Assembly: GCA_964521185.1 (NCBI GenBank)
Contig: CAZFRC010000001.1
Coordinates: 7,023-71,022, forward strand
DNA: 64,000 bases
DNA from: an uncultured Candidatus Saccharibacteria bacterium
Lineage (GTDB): Bacteria > Patescibacteriota > Minisyncoccia > Phycocordibacterales > UBA12088
Direction: 5' to 3'
The notes below the pieces were generated by a model. That model was not told the DNA's origin and did not search any database. It worked only from the letters and a program-made list of their open reading frames with translations. Positions 1 through 9,190 of the stretch are shown here, piece by piece (position 1 is the first letter of the stretch; each line of letters starts with the position of its first letter). The position numbers and the translations under genes are program-made.

Positions 1-1018
1 CCGAGAGCGCGGTTCGTTTGCCGTTCAAGCTGTCTCGCGATGCGGAAATGGCCGAAAGAGACGCGCTAATGGCAGAACGCGCCGTATTAGCAGAAGTGAG
101 GTAGGTTGCGATTTCAGATTCCGAGATAGCTATTGAGGGAATAGCCCGATTCAGAGCTCCAATAATGGAACTCAAGTATCGTTCGACAACGCGAAGCTCA
201 TTTTCAGTCTTGGTAAGTTCGAGATCCAGATCTGTATTTTCCGATGGAGGTACATGCGCTTCCTGTCTTTTGATGATATCGCCGATAGAAATTCTCTGAT
301 TTTGTACCGTAAATATCAATTGAGAATCGGATGTTGAAAGGAGAAAACGAGGATTGATCGTCAGTGGATCTGCAAACATGACATCAGTTTGACGAAGTAC
401 CGCGTCACTCACGGCCGCATATGCGCTCCCTAGTGTTGTTCGAGCTCCCGATTCAGCTTCAAGAACCGCGCGTTCGGCATTTTGCACGTTTAACGAGAGA
501 ATAGCGAGTTGTTCGTCGCGCGTACCTTTCTGTACTTTTTGAAGTCCCGCACGAGCCGCTTGCAGTTGTCCTTCCGCTTGGAGTACAACGGCCCGTTCGC
601 GAGAGTTTTCCATTTCGGCAATAATCGAACCTGCGGCGACAGAACTTCCTACGGTTCGATATACGCCGATAACCTCCCCAGAGTTTTCAGTCCGGAGTTC
701 GGCTTCAGATTCCGACCGAACAGTGCCGGTTAGTGGAAGTGGAGCGCTTTCGTTTGACAATGTTCCAAGTGTGGCAACCAGCACGCCTTTTCCAGGAAGG
801 GGATTGAGAGATGGTGATTCGGATCCAAACGATAACCAAATCCCCGTGCCTCCCAAAATAATTACGAGACCAGCGATAAGGATAAGGGTTTTTTTCGAAG
901 CCAACATATCAGTTTGAAAACGGAGCCGATTCTCGTTGAAACGGGAAATTGACGCGTTCATCAAAAGTTTTTGGATTTTTTGAAGATTTTTTCGAATGAA
1001 GGTGGTAAATGATTCCAT
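1..1018 (-). CDS. Efflux transporter periplasmic adaptor (membrane-fusion protein, HlyD family); partial, C-terminus lies beyond the left window edge
   Basis: Manual reverse-strand translation gives an uninterrupted reading frame starting at ATG (complement of 1016-1018): MESFTTFIRKNL... It has an N-terminal membrane anchor (LILIAGLVIILGG), a long coiled-coil (VVLQAEGQLQAARAGLQKVQKGTRDEQLAILSLNVQNAERAVLEAE) and lipoyl/beta-barrel-like segments typical of membrane-fusion proteins. It is missing from the ORF track because it has no in-window stop. The plus-strand ORFs 509-733 and 723-917 are shadows of this gene. Confidence 0.6.
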   Translation of the reverse strand, partial: MESFTTFIRKNLQKIQKLLMNASISRFNENRLRFQTDMLASKKTLILIAGLVIILGGTGIWLSFGSESPSLNPLPGKGVLVATLGTLSNESAPLPLTGTVRSESEAELRTENSGEVIGVYRTVGSSVAAGSIIAEMENSRERAVVLQAEGQLQAARAGLQKVQKGTRDEQLAILSLNVQNAERAVLEAESGARTTLGSAYAAVSDAVLRQTDVMFADPLTINPRFLLSTSDSQLIFTVQNQRISIGDIIKRQEAHVPPSENTDLDLELTKTENELRVVERYLSSIIGALNRAIPSIAISESEIATYLTSANTARSAISASLSAISASRDSLNGKRTALS

Positions 1019-1172
1019 ACTATTGTTCGCCTATTATTCGCGACTAACTTCTTAATGATAAGACACGCCTCACACCCTGGGGACTTTGCGTGTCCATGTA
1101 ATTCTGTGCACTATAGCATATTCCAGCATACAGTTGGAAAAATATGAAAGATTGCGATACTATCATACAGCC

Positions 1173-1415
1173 ATGTTCAAAGAATTTATTGCGCGAAAAT
1201 TGATGGAACGACAGCTTCGCTCGCTTCCCCCCGCTCAACGCGACGCGTTCATGCATGCGTATCAAGCCAATCCAACTCTTTTCGCAACGATTGCGAGCGA
1301 AATAGAAGCAAAAAAGAAATCGGGGAAATCCGATCTTGTAGCCGCTATGGAAGTAATGAAATCTCACCAAAAAGAGCTACAGGAAGCGTTTGCAAAATCA
1401 GGCCTTACTCGATAG
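1173..1415 (+). CDS. Small hypothetical protein (~80 aa). The listed ORF begins at TTG 1086; the first ATG is at 1173
   Basis: ORF track 1086-1415. MFKEFIARKLMERQLRSLPPAQRDAFMHAYQ... No recognisable motif. Divergent from the adaptor gene. Confidence 0.3.
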   Translation: MFKEFIARKLMERQLRSLPPAQRDAFMHAYQANPTLFATIASEIEAKKKSGKSDLVAAMEVMKSHQKELQEAFAKSGLTR

Positions 1416-1489
1416 GTTTTTCGATGCTGTCCACAGGTAGGTTCTAAAAACGAGAGACGAACAATCTCTTGATACGATATACTTTTTCC

Positions 1490-2017
1490 ATGCCGGGAAT
1501 GATTCTTTTTCTCACGCTGCTTCAGCAAATCGGTATTTCGCTTGCTATTGGCTCGTCCACTTTTGCGCTCATTTTCTATTTCAAATCAATTCGGGATGGC
1601 CGCATTGATGATTCAGAACGGTCGTTCATGCACACGGTGTATCTTGTGCTTCGGATAGGTCTTGTAACGATCGTTATTTCAGAACTACTTTCCGTATTTG
1701 CTTGGTATGATGTCGGCAGTGTTGAGCGAATCGTGAATGCCACCTTCTGGTTTAAATGGACTCTTCTTGCGATTATTGTGGGCAACGCCCTTCTTATGGA
1801 TACCCAGATGATGCCTATGTGGCTTGGGCCAGGAATCGCAGGAGGGTCGTGGTATATGTTTGTGATTGCGCACACGCTCCGCCCGCTCGAAGCCCATTAC
1901 TTCACTTGGATATTCTACTATCTGGTTTTTGTTATTCTGTTCGTTGCGTTTCTCCATTTGGTTCGAATGGTATATGTTGACCATTCGTTTTTTTCCCGTG
2001 GTGTTGGGGAATCATAA
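1490..2017 (+). CDS. Hypothetical polytopic membrane protein
   Basis: ORF track 1469-2017 begins at TTG. The first ATG is at 1490 (MPGMILFLTLL...). Several hydrophobic helices. No known motif. Confidence 0.5.
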   Translation: MPGMILFLTLLQQIGISLAIGSSTFALIFYFKSIRDGRIDDSERSFMHTVYLVLRIGLVTIVISELLSVFAWYDVGSVERIVNATFWFKWTLLAIIVGNALLMDTQMMPMWLGPGIAGGSWYMFVIAHTLRPLEAHYFTWIFYYLVFVILFVAFLHLVRMVYVDHSFFSRGVGES

Positions 2018-2056
2018 TTAATAGCAAATGTTCAGATTCTTAATCGTAATATCGGC

Positions 2057-2641
2057 ATGGAACGAAAGAAAATTTTTGTGTTAGTTGGACATCCAGATTC
2101 CGACACGTTTTCTGGTGCGCTTGCAACGTCATATGTGAAAGGCGCTGAATCGAAAGGGCATGAAGTGCGGCGAGTAAATCTTGGAGAAGTTGCGTTTGAT
2201 CCCATCCTTCATAAAGGATATAAAGTGATTCAAGAACTTGAACCCGGTCTTAAAGAAATCCAAGGACACATTCTATGGGCGGATCATTTTGTAGTGGTGT
2301 ATCCAAACTGGTGGAATACCATGCCCGCGCTTCTCAAGGGTTTCTTTGATCGCGCATGGCTTCCGGGATTTGCATTTAATTTTGACAAGGTAAATCGTAA
2401 AATCATCAAACGACTCGCAGGAAAAACGGCTCGAGTGATCATTGCGGCCGGCACTAATAGCGGCTTCATCACGTGGTGGAAATATGGCGATTATAAAAAT
2501 GAAATCCAACGAGGTATTCTCGAATTTTCCGGATTTAATCCGGTGGAAATCTCTACTTTTGGTCCCTGCGACATATCTGGAGACGCCGAAAAAAATAACT
2601 GGATTTCTGAAGCGTATGCGCTCGGTGAAAAAGGCGCGTAG
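2057..2641 (+). CDS. Flavodoxin-like fold NAD(P)H dehydrogenase (quinone) / FMN-dependent reductase family protein
   Basis: KIFVLVGHPDSDTFSGALATSY...HFVVVYPNWWNTMPALLKGFFDRAW matches the Flavodoxin_2 / NAD(P)H:quinone oxidoreductase fold (MdaB/azoreductase-like). Confidence 0.75.
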   Translation: MERKKIFVLVGHPDSDTFSGALATSYVKGAESKGHEVRRVNLGEVAFDPILHKGYKVIQELEPGLKEIQGHILWADHFVVVYPNWWNTMPALLKGFFDRAWLPGFAFNFDKVNRKIIKRLAGKTARVIIAAGTNSGFITWWKYGDYKNEIQRGILEFSGFNPVEISTFGPCDISGDAEKNNWISEAYALGEKGA

Positions 2642-2646
2642 GGCGT

Positions 2647-4317
2647 ATGCATCCGGCATTTCGGTGGGTTGATCATTGGATTGCGTCCGCTGGAGCAGCC
2701 ATCCATTCGCCATTTTCATGGCTTGTTTCTTTTACCGCAATTGTTACGGTTCGTTTTTTACTCGAATCATTTTCAAGTCCTCTTAACGACGGACATATCG
2801 GGCTTTCTATTTCTTCCGCATTCCACACATGGTTTTTCTTTTTGTGCGCGGCGCTTGGCGTCACGTTGATTTTTCATTTTTTTACGCGCGTTTCGCTCCA
2901 TCGCGCGTTTGTTATCACCGGCGTATGCCTACCTCTTATCTGGCTTGCCCCCCTCATCGACCTCTTTTTTGGCGCTTGGAGGGGAGAGGGAGTGGCAATG
3001 GCATACAACGTTCACGCAGTATGGGGACTTTTTCAAGATTTTATTACCTATTTTGGACCAGAGCTGTGGCAAGGAATTACTATTGGCATCAGGATAGAAA
3101 TTGCTTGTATTCTTATCGGTTCGACGGTACTCGGTTATCTGGTAACGCGCTCAGTAGCGCGCTCCACCTTACTCTTGTTTGCGCTGTATGCCTATATATT
3201 TTGTATCACCGCATTTCCAAGCTTTCTCATATTCGGGATAGAACCGGAAGCTTTTTTGGGAACAGATTCAGAGCTTCGCGCCGCAGTATCCAGAAACATC
3301 GTAGCTGATATTTTACCTTATCTTCCAAACTCAAGAGAAGCTTCCGAATTAGAACTTCCGAGACTGTTTAATACGGTCTTCGATCAGTATATGATTGCTG
3401 CGCTCTCTTTCTTAGCAGTGTTTCTTGGGGGATTCGCTCTATACAGAATTTCTCCGGACATATGGAAAATTCATATTTATAATTCACGGCCAGAACGCGT
3501 GGCACATTACCTGCTTCTCGTAACCTTCGGTTTCTTTGTTGCGTATTTTGCAACTACCACCCATTCCCATCTGCCGCCTTTTGAACATTTTGTTCGATTG
3601 TTGCTTGCGTGTTTCGCGATGTATTGTGCGTGGATGCATGCGGTAAGTGTAAACGACATAGCGGATGAAAAGATTGATGCCATCTCCAACCCCTATCGTC
3701 CTCTTGCAAACGGAACACTTTCACGCGCCCAAATGCTGGACGGCGGAAAATTGTTTTTTGTTTTGGCGATCGCGATTGGATATGCCGCCTCTCCTCACGC
3801 GGCTCTTTTTGTCGCCGGAGTCATTTGCGTGTATCAGGTGTATTCTGCGTCTGGAACCCGGCTGAAGTTAGTGCCAATAGTGCCATCTTTTCTTATCGGT
3901 ATTGCGTGTGTTTTTGCTTTTAGTATAGGGTTTTTTACTGGAATGCCACACGCAGAATTTGCGGACATTCCTCGCGCTCTCATCATATTAATATTTTGCG
4001 GGTATACACTTGGCGCGACAATCCGCGATCTAAAAGATTATGAAGGCGATAAGGCGGGTGGCGCGCTCACTATTCCAGTTCTTTTTGGAAAAAAGTGGGG
4101 GGCAATCATCACCGGTATCGCGTTTAGCTCATCCCTTTTACTGGCCCCTCTTCTGTTCAATTTTTTCCCCATCATGTTTCTTTTTTCGGCTCCCGTTGCT
4201 TTTTTAGGTTTCTGGTTGACCGTGCGTTCCCCTTATAAAGAGTGGCCGCTCTTCATTCTGTATCTTCTATACTTTAGTTTTTTATTTACGTTGTGGGTTT
4301 TGCAAAATATTCTATAA
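2647..4317 (+). CDS. UbiA-family aromatic/polyprenyl prenyltransferase domain fused to a ~260-aa N-terminal polytopic membrane extension
   Basis: The C-terminal half carries both UbiA Asp-rich motifs: VNDIADEKIDAISNPYRPLANGTLS (NDxxDxxxD) and RDLKDYEGDKAGGALTIPVLFG (second DxxxD). The N-terminal ~260 aa is an extra multi-helix hydrophobic domain of unknown family. There is a 5-nt gap to the upstream reductase gene. Confidence 0.7.
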   Translation: MHPAFRWVDHWIASAGAAIHSPFSWLVSFTAIVTVRFLLESFSSPLNDGHIGLSISSAFHTWFFFLCAALGVTLIFHFFTRVSLHRAFVITGVCLPLIWLAPLIDLFFGAWRGEGVAMAYNVHAVWGLFQDFITYFGPELWQGITIGIRIEIACILIGSTVLGYLVTRSVARSTLLLFALYAYIFCITAFPSFLIFGIEPEAFLGTDSELRAAVSRNIVADILPYLPNSREASELELPRLFNTVFDQYMIAALSFLAVFLGGFALYRISPDIWKIHIYNSRPERVAHYLLLVTFGFFVAYFATTTHSHLPPFEHFVRLLLACFAMYCAWMHAVSVNDIADEKIDAISNPYRPLANGTLSRAQMLDGGKLFFVLAIAIGYAASPHAALFVAGVICVYQVYSASGTRLKLVPIVPSFLIGIACVFAFSIGFFTGMPHAEFADIPRALIILIFCGYTLGATIRDLKDYEGDKAGGALTIPVLFGKKWGAIITGIAFSSSLLLAPLLFNFFPIMFLFSAPVAFLGFWLTVRSPYKEWPLFILYLLYFSFLFTLWVLQNIL

Positions 4318-4351
4318 CATTCCAACCTTCTCCATTTATTGGCAATAAACT

Positions 4352-4466
4352 ATAAAACCGAATATTAGGGCAAGCTGATAAGAGATTCTTTTCGGATTTG
4401 GTGGCATAGGGGAGGCATGAACCGATCTAGTCGGGCAAGATTGCGCAATTACTTCGGTTTTTTTAA
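4352..4466 (+). terminator. Candidate structured RNA element ending in a U-tract (possible terminator or attenuator) between the UbiA-fusion gene and ychF
   Basis: 5' arm AAAACCGAA (4352-4360) can pair with either TTTTCGGATTT (~4392) or CTTCGGTTTTTTT (4454-4466). Internal hairpins CCGATCTAGTCGG and GCAAGATTGC, and the 10-nt perfect palindrome ATTGCGCAAT. The element ends in a T7 run. Confidence 0.3.
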
Positions 4467-4532
4467 TTTATATATTTCCACTTTGGCGAGACAATACCAC
4501 AGAAATCTTCTATACTTCAGCATATTTTTAAT

Positions 4533-5639
4533 ATGTTTAGCTCGAAACTATCGATAGGCATTGTCGGACTTCCAAACGTGGGCAAATCCACGCTGTTTAA
4601 CGCGCTTACCAAAAAAGCAGTTCCGGCTGAAAATTTTCCCTTCTGCACAATAGATCCGTCCGTTGGCATTGTCCCCGTGCCGGATGTCCGACTCCAAAGA
4701 CTCTCCGACCTTTCTCGTTCGAAAAAAACAATTCCCGCGGTTATCGAATTTGTCGATATTGCGGGACTTGTAAAGGGCGCATCCGAGGGACAAGGGCTTG
4801 GCAATCAATTTCTTTCGCATATCCGTGAGGTACATGCTATTGCGGAGGTTGTTCGTATTTTCGACGATCAGAATATTTTGCATGTTGAAGGAGAGGTGAA
4901 CCCCATATCTGACATCGAAATCATCAATCTTGAATTGGTACTTTCTGATCTTGATACTGTTTCCAAACGAATGGCCAATCTTGAACGCAATGTGAAGCGA
5001 GGAGACAAGGCAGCCATTCTTGAAAACGCCGCGCTCGCCAAAATTCGACTAGGACTCGAATCAGGAAAACTTGTACGATATATCGTACAAACTGAGGAGG
5101 AACGGAATGAAATTCAAAAACTTAATTTACTAACAGCCAAACCCATTTTGTATGTTTTGAACAAGAAAGCGGGGGGACATAATATCGATGAACACAATGA
5201 CGAACGCTGGCAGAGGCTAATGGAATTTTTGAAAGACAGCGGTGCTTCCTATGTGGTGGTGGATGCTGGTGTCGAGAATGAGTTAAAAGACGTGTCGGAC
5301 GAAGAAAAAGGAATTTTTCGACAAGAATTTGGCGTGCAAGACGATGGCATTAACTCCCTTATTACGGAAGGGTACAAAATGCTCGGACTTATCACCTATT
5401 TCACCACAGGAGAAGATGAGACGCGGGCGTGGACGATAGGAAAAGGATGGACGGCTCCCGAAGCAGGCACGGCAATCCATACCGATTTTCGAGACAAATT
5501 TATTCGTGCTGAAGTTGTTGCGTCTGATAAATTATTGTCGGCGGGCAGCTATATCGCCGCCCGCGAACAAGGTCTTGTCCGGACTGAAGGAAAGGAGTAC
5601 GTCGTCAAAGACGGCGACGTGATTGAATTCAAAATTTGA
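4533..5639 (+). CDS. ychF: Ribosome-binding ATPase YchF (Obg-family GTPase fold)
   Basis: IGIVGLPNVGKSTLFNALT (G1/Walker A), DIAGLVKGASEGQGLGNQFL, C-terminal TGS domain. 368 aa. Confidence 0.9.
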   Translation: MFSSKLSIGIVGLPNVGKSTLFNALTKKAVPAENFPFCTIDPSVGIVPVPDVRLQRLSDLSRSKKTIPAVIEFVDIAGLVKGASEGQGLGNQFLSHIREVHAIAEVVRIFDDQNILHVEGEVNPISDIEIINLELVLSDLDTVSKRMANLERNVKRGDKAAILENAALAKIRLGLESGKLVRYIVQTEEERNEIQKLNLLTAKPILYVLNKKAGGHNIDEHNDERWQRLMEFLKDSGASYVVVDAGVENELKDVSDEEKGIFRQEFGVQDDGINSLITEGYKMLGLITYFTTGEDETRAWTIGKGWTAPEAGTAIHTDFRDKFIRAEVVASDKLLSAGSYIAAREQGLVRTEGKEYVVKDGDVIEFKI

Positions 5640-5699
5640 AACTCTTTACAACCTCTAGGCATATTGTAGAGTGTTTCCATTAACGGCTAATCAATTATC

Positions 5700-6662
5700 A
5701 TGAGCGACGTATCAGAGTTTAATTCTCGACCGAAACTTTCTCCTAAGGATTTTGTCCTTCATCTCGGAGCAATGGTGGCGTTGTACATTTCATCCGGCGC
5801 GCTCCTCACTGTGCTATGGAATCATATCGACGCCCTGTTCAAAGACTCTCTCGAATATTGGCAGGATCCATACGGAAGCGGTATGCGATTTGCTATTTCC
5901 ATTCTTATTATTGCGTTTCCGCTATACCTTACGCTTACGCGCATAGTAAACGTGGATATGCGACGCAATCCGGAAAAACGGACACTGCCTTTTCGTAAAT
6001 GGCTTTTGTACCTCACTCTTCTTGCGGCGGGAGCCGGCATGGCAGTTGACGGCGTGTCATTGGTGTATACGTTCCTTGAGGGAGAAATTACCACTCGCTT
6101 TGTATTGAAAATACTCTCCACGTTTGTCGTATTTGCTGCAATATTTGCGTACTATCTCTACGATCTTCGCGGCATATGGGGAATGCGCGAAAGGATGTCC
6201 AAGCTTGTCGGAGCCGGAATTAGCGTGGTGGTTGTTGCTATTCTGACTGCAAGTTTCGTAGCGGTGGGAAGCCCTCTGACACAGCGTTTGGTGCGTTTTG
6301 ATATGCAAAAAATATCAGATCTCCAGATCATTCAATCTCAAGTGGTAAGTTATTGGCAACAAACGGAGACATTGCCCAAGTCGCTGGATGATATAGCGGG
6401 ATTTTCTGCGCCAACAGATTCGCAACATGAAACGTCATATGAATATGAGCGCGTGTCGGCGTTTACGTTCAAGCTGTGCGCAACGTTCAACCTCCCCTCA
6501 GAGGAGAAACCCGTGATTGAAAAAACGACATGGTATGGCATTCCCGGTGTCGTCAATTCCGAAGTGTGGACCCATGGGGCACACTACCAATGTTTCGAGC
6601 GAACCATTGACCCTGACCAGATCAATACTTTCGAAAAGAATATTCCGATAATGGTTCGATAG
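5700..6662 (+). CDS. Hypothetical membrane protein (multiple TM helices plus C-terminal soluble region)
   Basis: ORF track. Hydrophobic helices in the first ~190 aa. No family recognised. Confidence 0.5.
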   Translation: MSDVSEFNSRPKLSPKDFVLHLGAMVALYISSGALLTVLWNHIDALFKDSLEYWQDPYGSGMRFAISILIIAFPLYLTLTRIVNVDMRRNPEKRTLPFRKWLLYLTLLAAGAGMAVDGVSLVYTFLEGEITTRFVLKILSTFVVFAAIFAYYLYDLRGIWGMRERMSKLVGAGISVVVVAILTASFVAVGSPLTQRLVRFDMQKISDLQIIQSQVVSYWQQTETLPKSLDDIAGFSAPTDSQHETSYEYERVSAFTFKLCATFNLPSEEKPVIEKTTWYGIPGVVNSEVWTHGAHYQCFERTIDPDQINTFEKNIPIMVR

Positions 6663-6670
6663 CCTTTCTT

Positions 6671-9148
6671 ATGGCTCGCTACGATCATATTCACATTGAA
6701 AAAAAGTGGCAGGAACGATGGGAACGAGACGACTCATTCCAAGCGACTGAAAATATTGAGAAAAAAAAGTTTTACGCACTTATAGAATTTCCGTATCCGT
6801 CAGGTGCGGGACTTCATACGGGGCACATCAGAAGCTATACGGCCCTTGATGCGGTTGTACGGAAACGCCGTCGTGAAAACCAGGAAGTGCTATTTCCTAT
6901 CGGATGGGACGCCTTTGGCTTGCCGACAGAAAATTATGCTATTAAAACAGGCCGCAAGCCCAAAGAGATCACCAAAGAAAATACCGACACGTTTCGACGC
7001 CAGCTCAAATCCATAGGTCTTTCTTTTGACTGGAAACGAGAAATCAACACCACCGACCCCTCGTACTATAAGTGGACCCAGTGGATTTTTTTGCAGCTGT
7101 TTAAAAAGGGTCTTGCTTATAAATCAAAGACAGAGATTAACTGGTGTCCGAAAGATAAGATTGGTCTAGCTAACGAAGAGGTTATCGATGGAAAATGCGA
7201 GCGATGTGGTACCGAAGTAGAAAAGAGAGAAAAAGAGCAATGGATGTTGGCCATCACCAAATACGCAAAACGATTATATGACGATCTTCATACCGTCGAC
7301 TATATTGAACGGGCGAAAATTCAACAGCAAAATTGGATAGGGCCTTCGGAAGGATCGCTCATTACATTTCCACTTGTGGGAATTTCTGGACAACAAGATG
7401 GCGCTCATTCGGTCCAAATATTTACCACGCGATCTGATACTATATACGGCGCTACATTCGTGGTTGTATCGCCCGAGCTTGCAAAGAAATGGATGGAGAT
7501 GGGCTGGCAGATACCGATGGTCGCGAGCGCGTATGTTAACGAAACTCTGAAAGAGCGTGCGAAAGCAGGACGCAAAGACATTGAAGAAAAAACGGGTGTC
7601 GATACTGGAATCTTTGCCATCAACCCGGGAACGAAGGAAAGAATCCCCGTTTGGATCTCCAATTATATTTTGGGAGATGTAGGGACTGGCGCCATTATGG
7701 CTGTTCCTTCACACGATGAACGCGATAATGCGTTTGCAAAGAAATTCGGGCTTCCAATTTCAAGAATGGTCGTTGTTCCTCAAAAAGGATCAGCATCAGA
7801 CGATCTTTCTCATGGAGATCTTTCAAAAATAGCTCAGTATTATCAAAACGAATATGCCGGCTCTCCATTCACTGGTCATGGCATTGTAGTAAATTCTGGA
7901 GCGTACGACGGGCTCACATCAGAAGAAGCGAAAAGAAAAATAACCGAGGACGTGGGAGGGATATTGACTACAAAATATAAACTTCGGGATTGGGTGTTTT
8001 CTCGTCAGCGCTACTGGGGAGAACCCATACCCCTCGTGTATTGCGAATCGTGCGCGGAATGGATTCCTGTTCCTGAAGACGAACTCCCGATTACGTTGCC
8101 GGAGATTTCAAAATATGAATATACCGATACCGGGGAATCGCCGCTCGCAAATATCGCAGAATGGGTGAATACTACGTGTCCAAAATGCAATGGTCCGGCG
8201 AGACGAGAGACAGACACCATGCCAAATTGGGCGGGTTCCAGTTGGTACTATCTTCGATATACCGATCCAAAAAACGATACCAGATTGGCCGACTCAAAAA
8301 AACTCTCCTACTGGACTCCTGTGGATTGGTATAACGGCGGCATGGAACACACGGTTCTACATCTTCTCTATTCTCGGTTTTGGCATAAATTCTTGTTCGA
8401 TATTGGGGTTGCTCCTACTTCAGAACCTTATACAAAACGCACGAGCCACGGCCTTATCCTTGCGGAAGGAGGAGAAAAGATGTCGAAATCGAAAGGGAAC
8501 GTGGTGAATCCGGATGATATCGTGGAACGATTCGGGGCTGACGCGCTTCGTGTGTATGAGATGTTTATGGGGCCTTTCGAACAGGCGATTGCATGGTCGA
8601 CCGACGGATTGGTGGGAACACGACGATTCCTGGAACGCGTATATGCGCTTGCTGGCACGCTCAGCGATGCCCGCCCCTCCGACGCACTTTCTCGCATAGA
8701 ACATCAGAGTATTAAAAAAATAGGGGAGGATATCGAAGCGCTTAAAATGAATACCGCTGTGTCGCAGCTTATGATTTTTCAAAATGCGATTAGCAACGAA
8801 AAGAAAACTCCCAAGAGTTCGTTCGAAACCTTTTTATTGTTGCTTGCGCCGTTTGCGCCGCATATAACTGAAGAACTGTGGGAAATGCTTGGACATACCA
8901 CATCAATCCATAAAGAACCATGGCCGACTTTTAATCCGGACATTCTTGAAATCAAAGAAGCCTCTGTATCTGTGATGGTTGACGGAAAAGTCCGAGGATC
9001 TATAGTTCTTTCAGTTGGGATAAGCAAAGAAGAGGCGTTTGGAGAGGCACTTAAATTGGAAACAGTCAAAAAGTGGGTAGATGGAAAGACCCCAAAAACT
9101 GCCGCCTATGTGCCGGGAAAGATTATTAGCTTAACCACTAATGGCTAA
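6671..9148 (+). CDS. leuS: Leucyl-tRNA synthetase
   Basis: PYPSGAGLHTGHIRSY (HIGH region), KMSKSKGN, editing domain present, 825 aa. Confidence 0.95.
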   Translation: MARYDHIHIEKKWQERWERDDSFQATENIEKKKFYALIEFPYPSGAGLHTGHIRSYTALDAVVRKRRRENQEVLFPIGWDAFGLPTENYAIKTGRKPKEITKENTDTFRRQLKSIGLSFDWKREINTTDPSYYKWTQWIFLQLFKKGLAYKSKTEINWCPKDKIGLANEEVIDGKCERCGTEVEKREKEQWMLAITKYAKRLYDDLHTVDYIERAKIQQQNWIGPSEGSLITFPLVGISGQQDGAHSVQIFTTRSDTIYGATFVVVSPELAKKWMEMGWQIPMVASAYVNETLKERAKAGRKDIEEKTGVDTGIFAINPGTKERIPVWISNYILGDVGTGAIMAVPSHDERDNAFAKKFGLPISRMVVVPQKGSASDDLSHGDLSKIAQYYQNEYAGSPFTGHGIVVNSGAYDGLTSEEAKRKITEDVGGILTTKYKLRDWVFSRQRYWGEPIPLVYCESCAEWIPVPEDELPITLPEISKYEYTDTGESPLANIAEWVNTTCPKCNGPARRETDTMPNWAGSSWYYLRYTDPKNDTRLADSKKLSYWTPVDWYNGGMEHTVLHLLYSRFWHKFLFDIGVAPTSEPYTKRTSHGLILAEGGEKMSKSKGNVVNPDDIVERFGADALRVYEMFMGPFEQAIAWSTDGLVGTRRFLERVYALAGTLSDARPSDALSRIEHQSIKKIGEDIEALKMNTAVSQLMIFQNAISNEKKTPKSSFETFLLLLAPFAPHITEELWEMLGHTTSIHKEPWPTFNPDILEIKEASVSVMVDGKVRGSIVLSVGISKEEAFGEALKLETVKKWVDGKTPKTAAYVPGKIISLTTNG

Positions 9149-9190
9149 ACAGAGCCCTAATTTTGGATCTCTTGCGCCATATTGACAGAT

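Noticed and set aside
509-917. Plus-strand ORFs 509-733 and 723-917
   Set aside because: They lie antisense within the continuous minus-strand reading frame of the HlyD-family adaptor gene (1-1018). No motifs. Treated as shadow ORFs.
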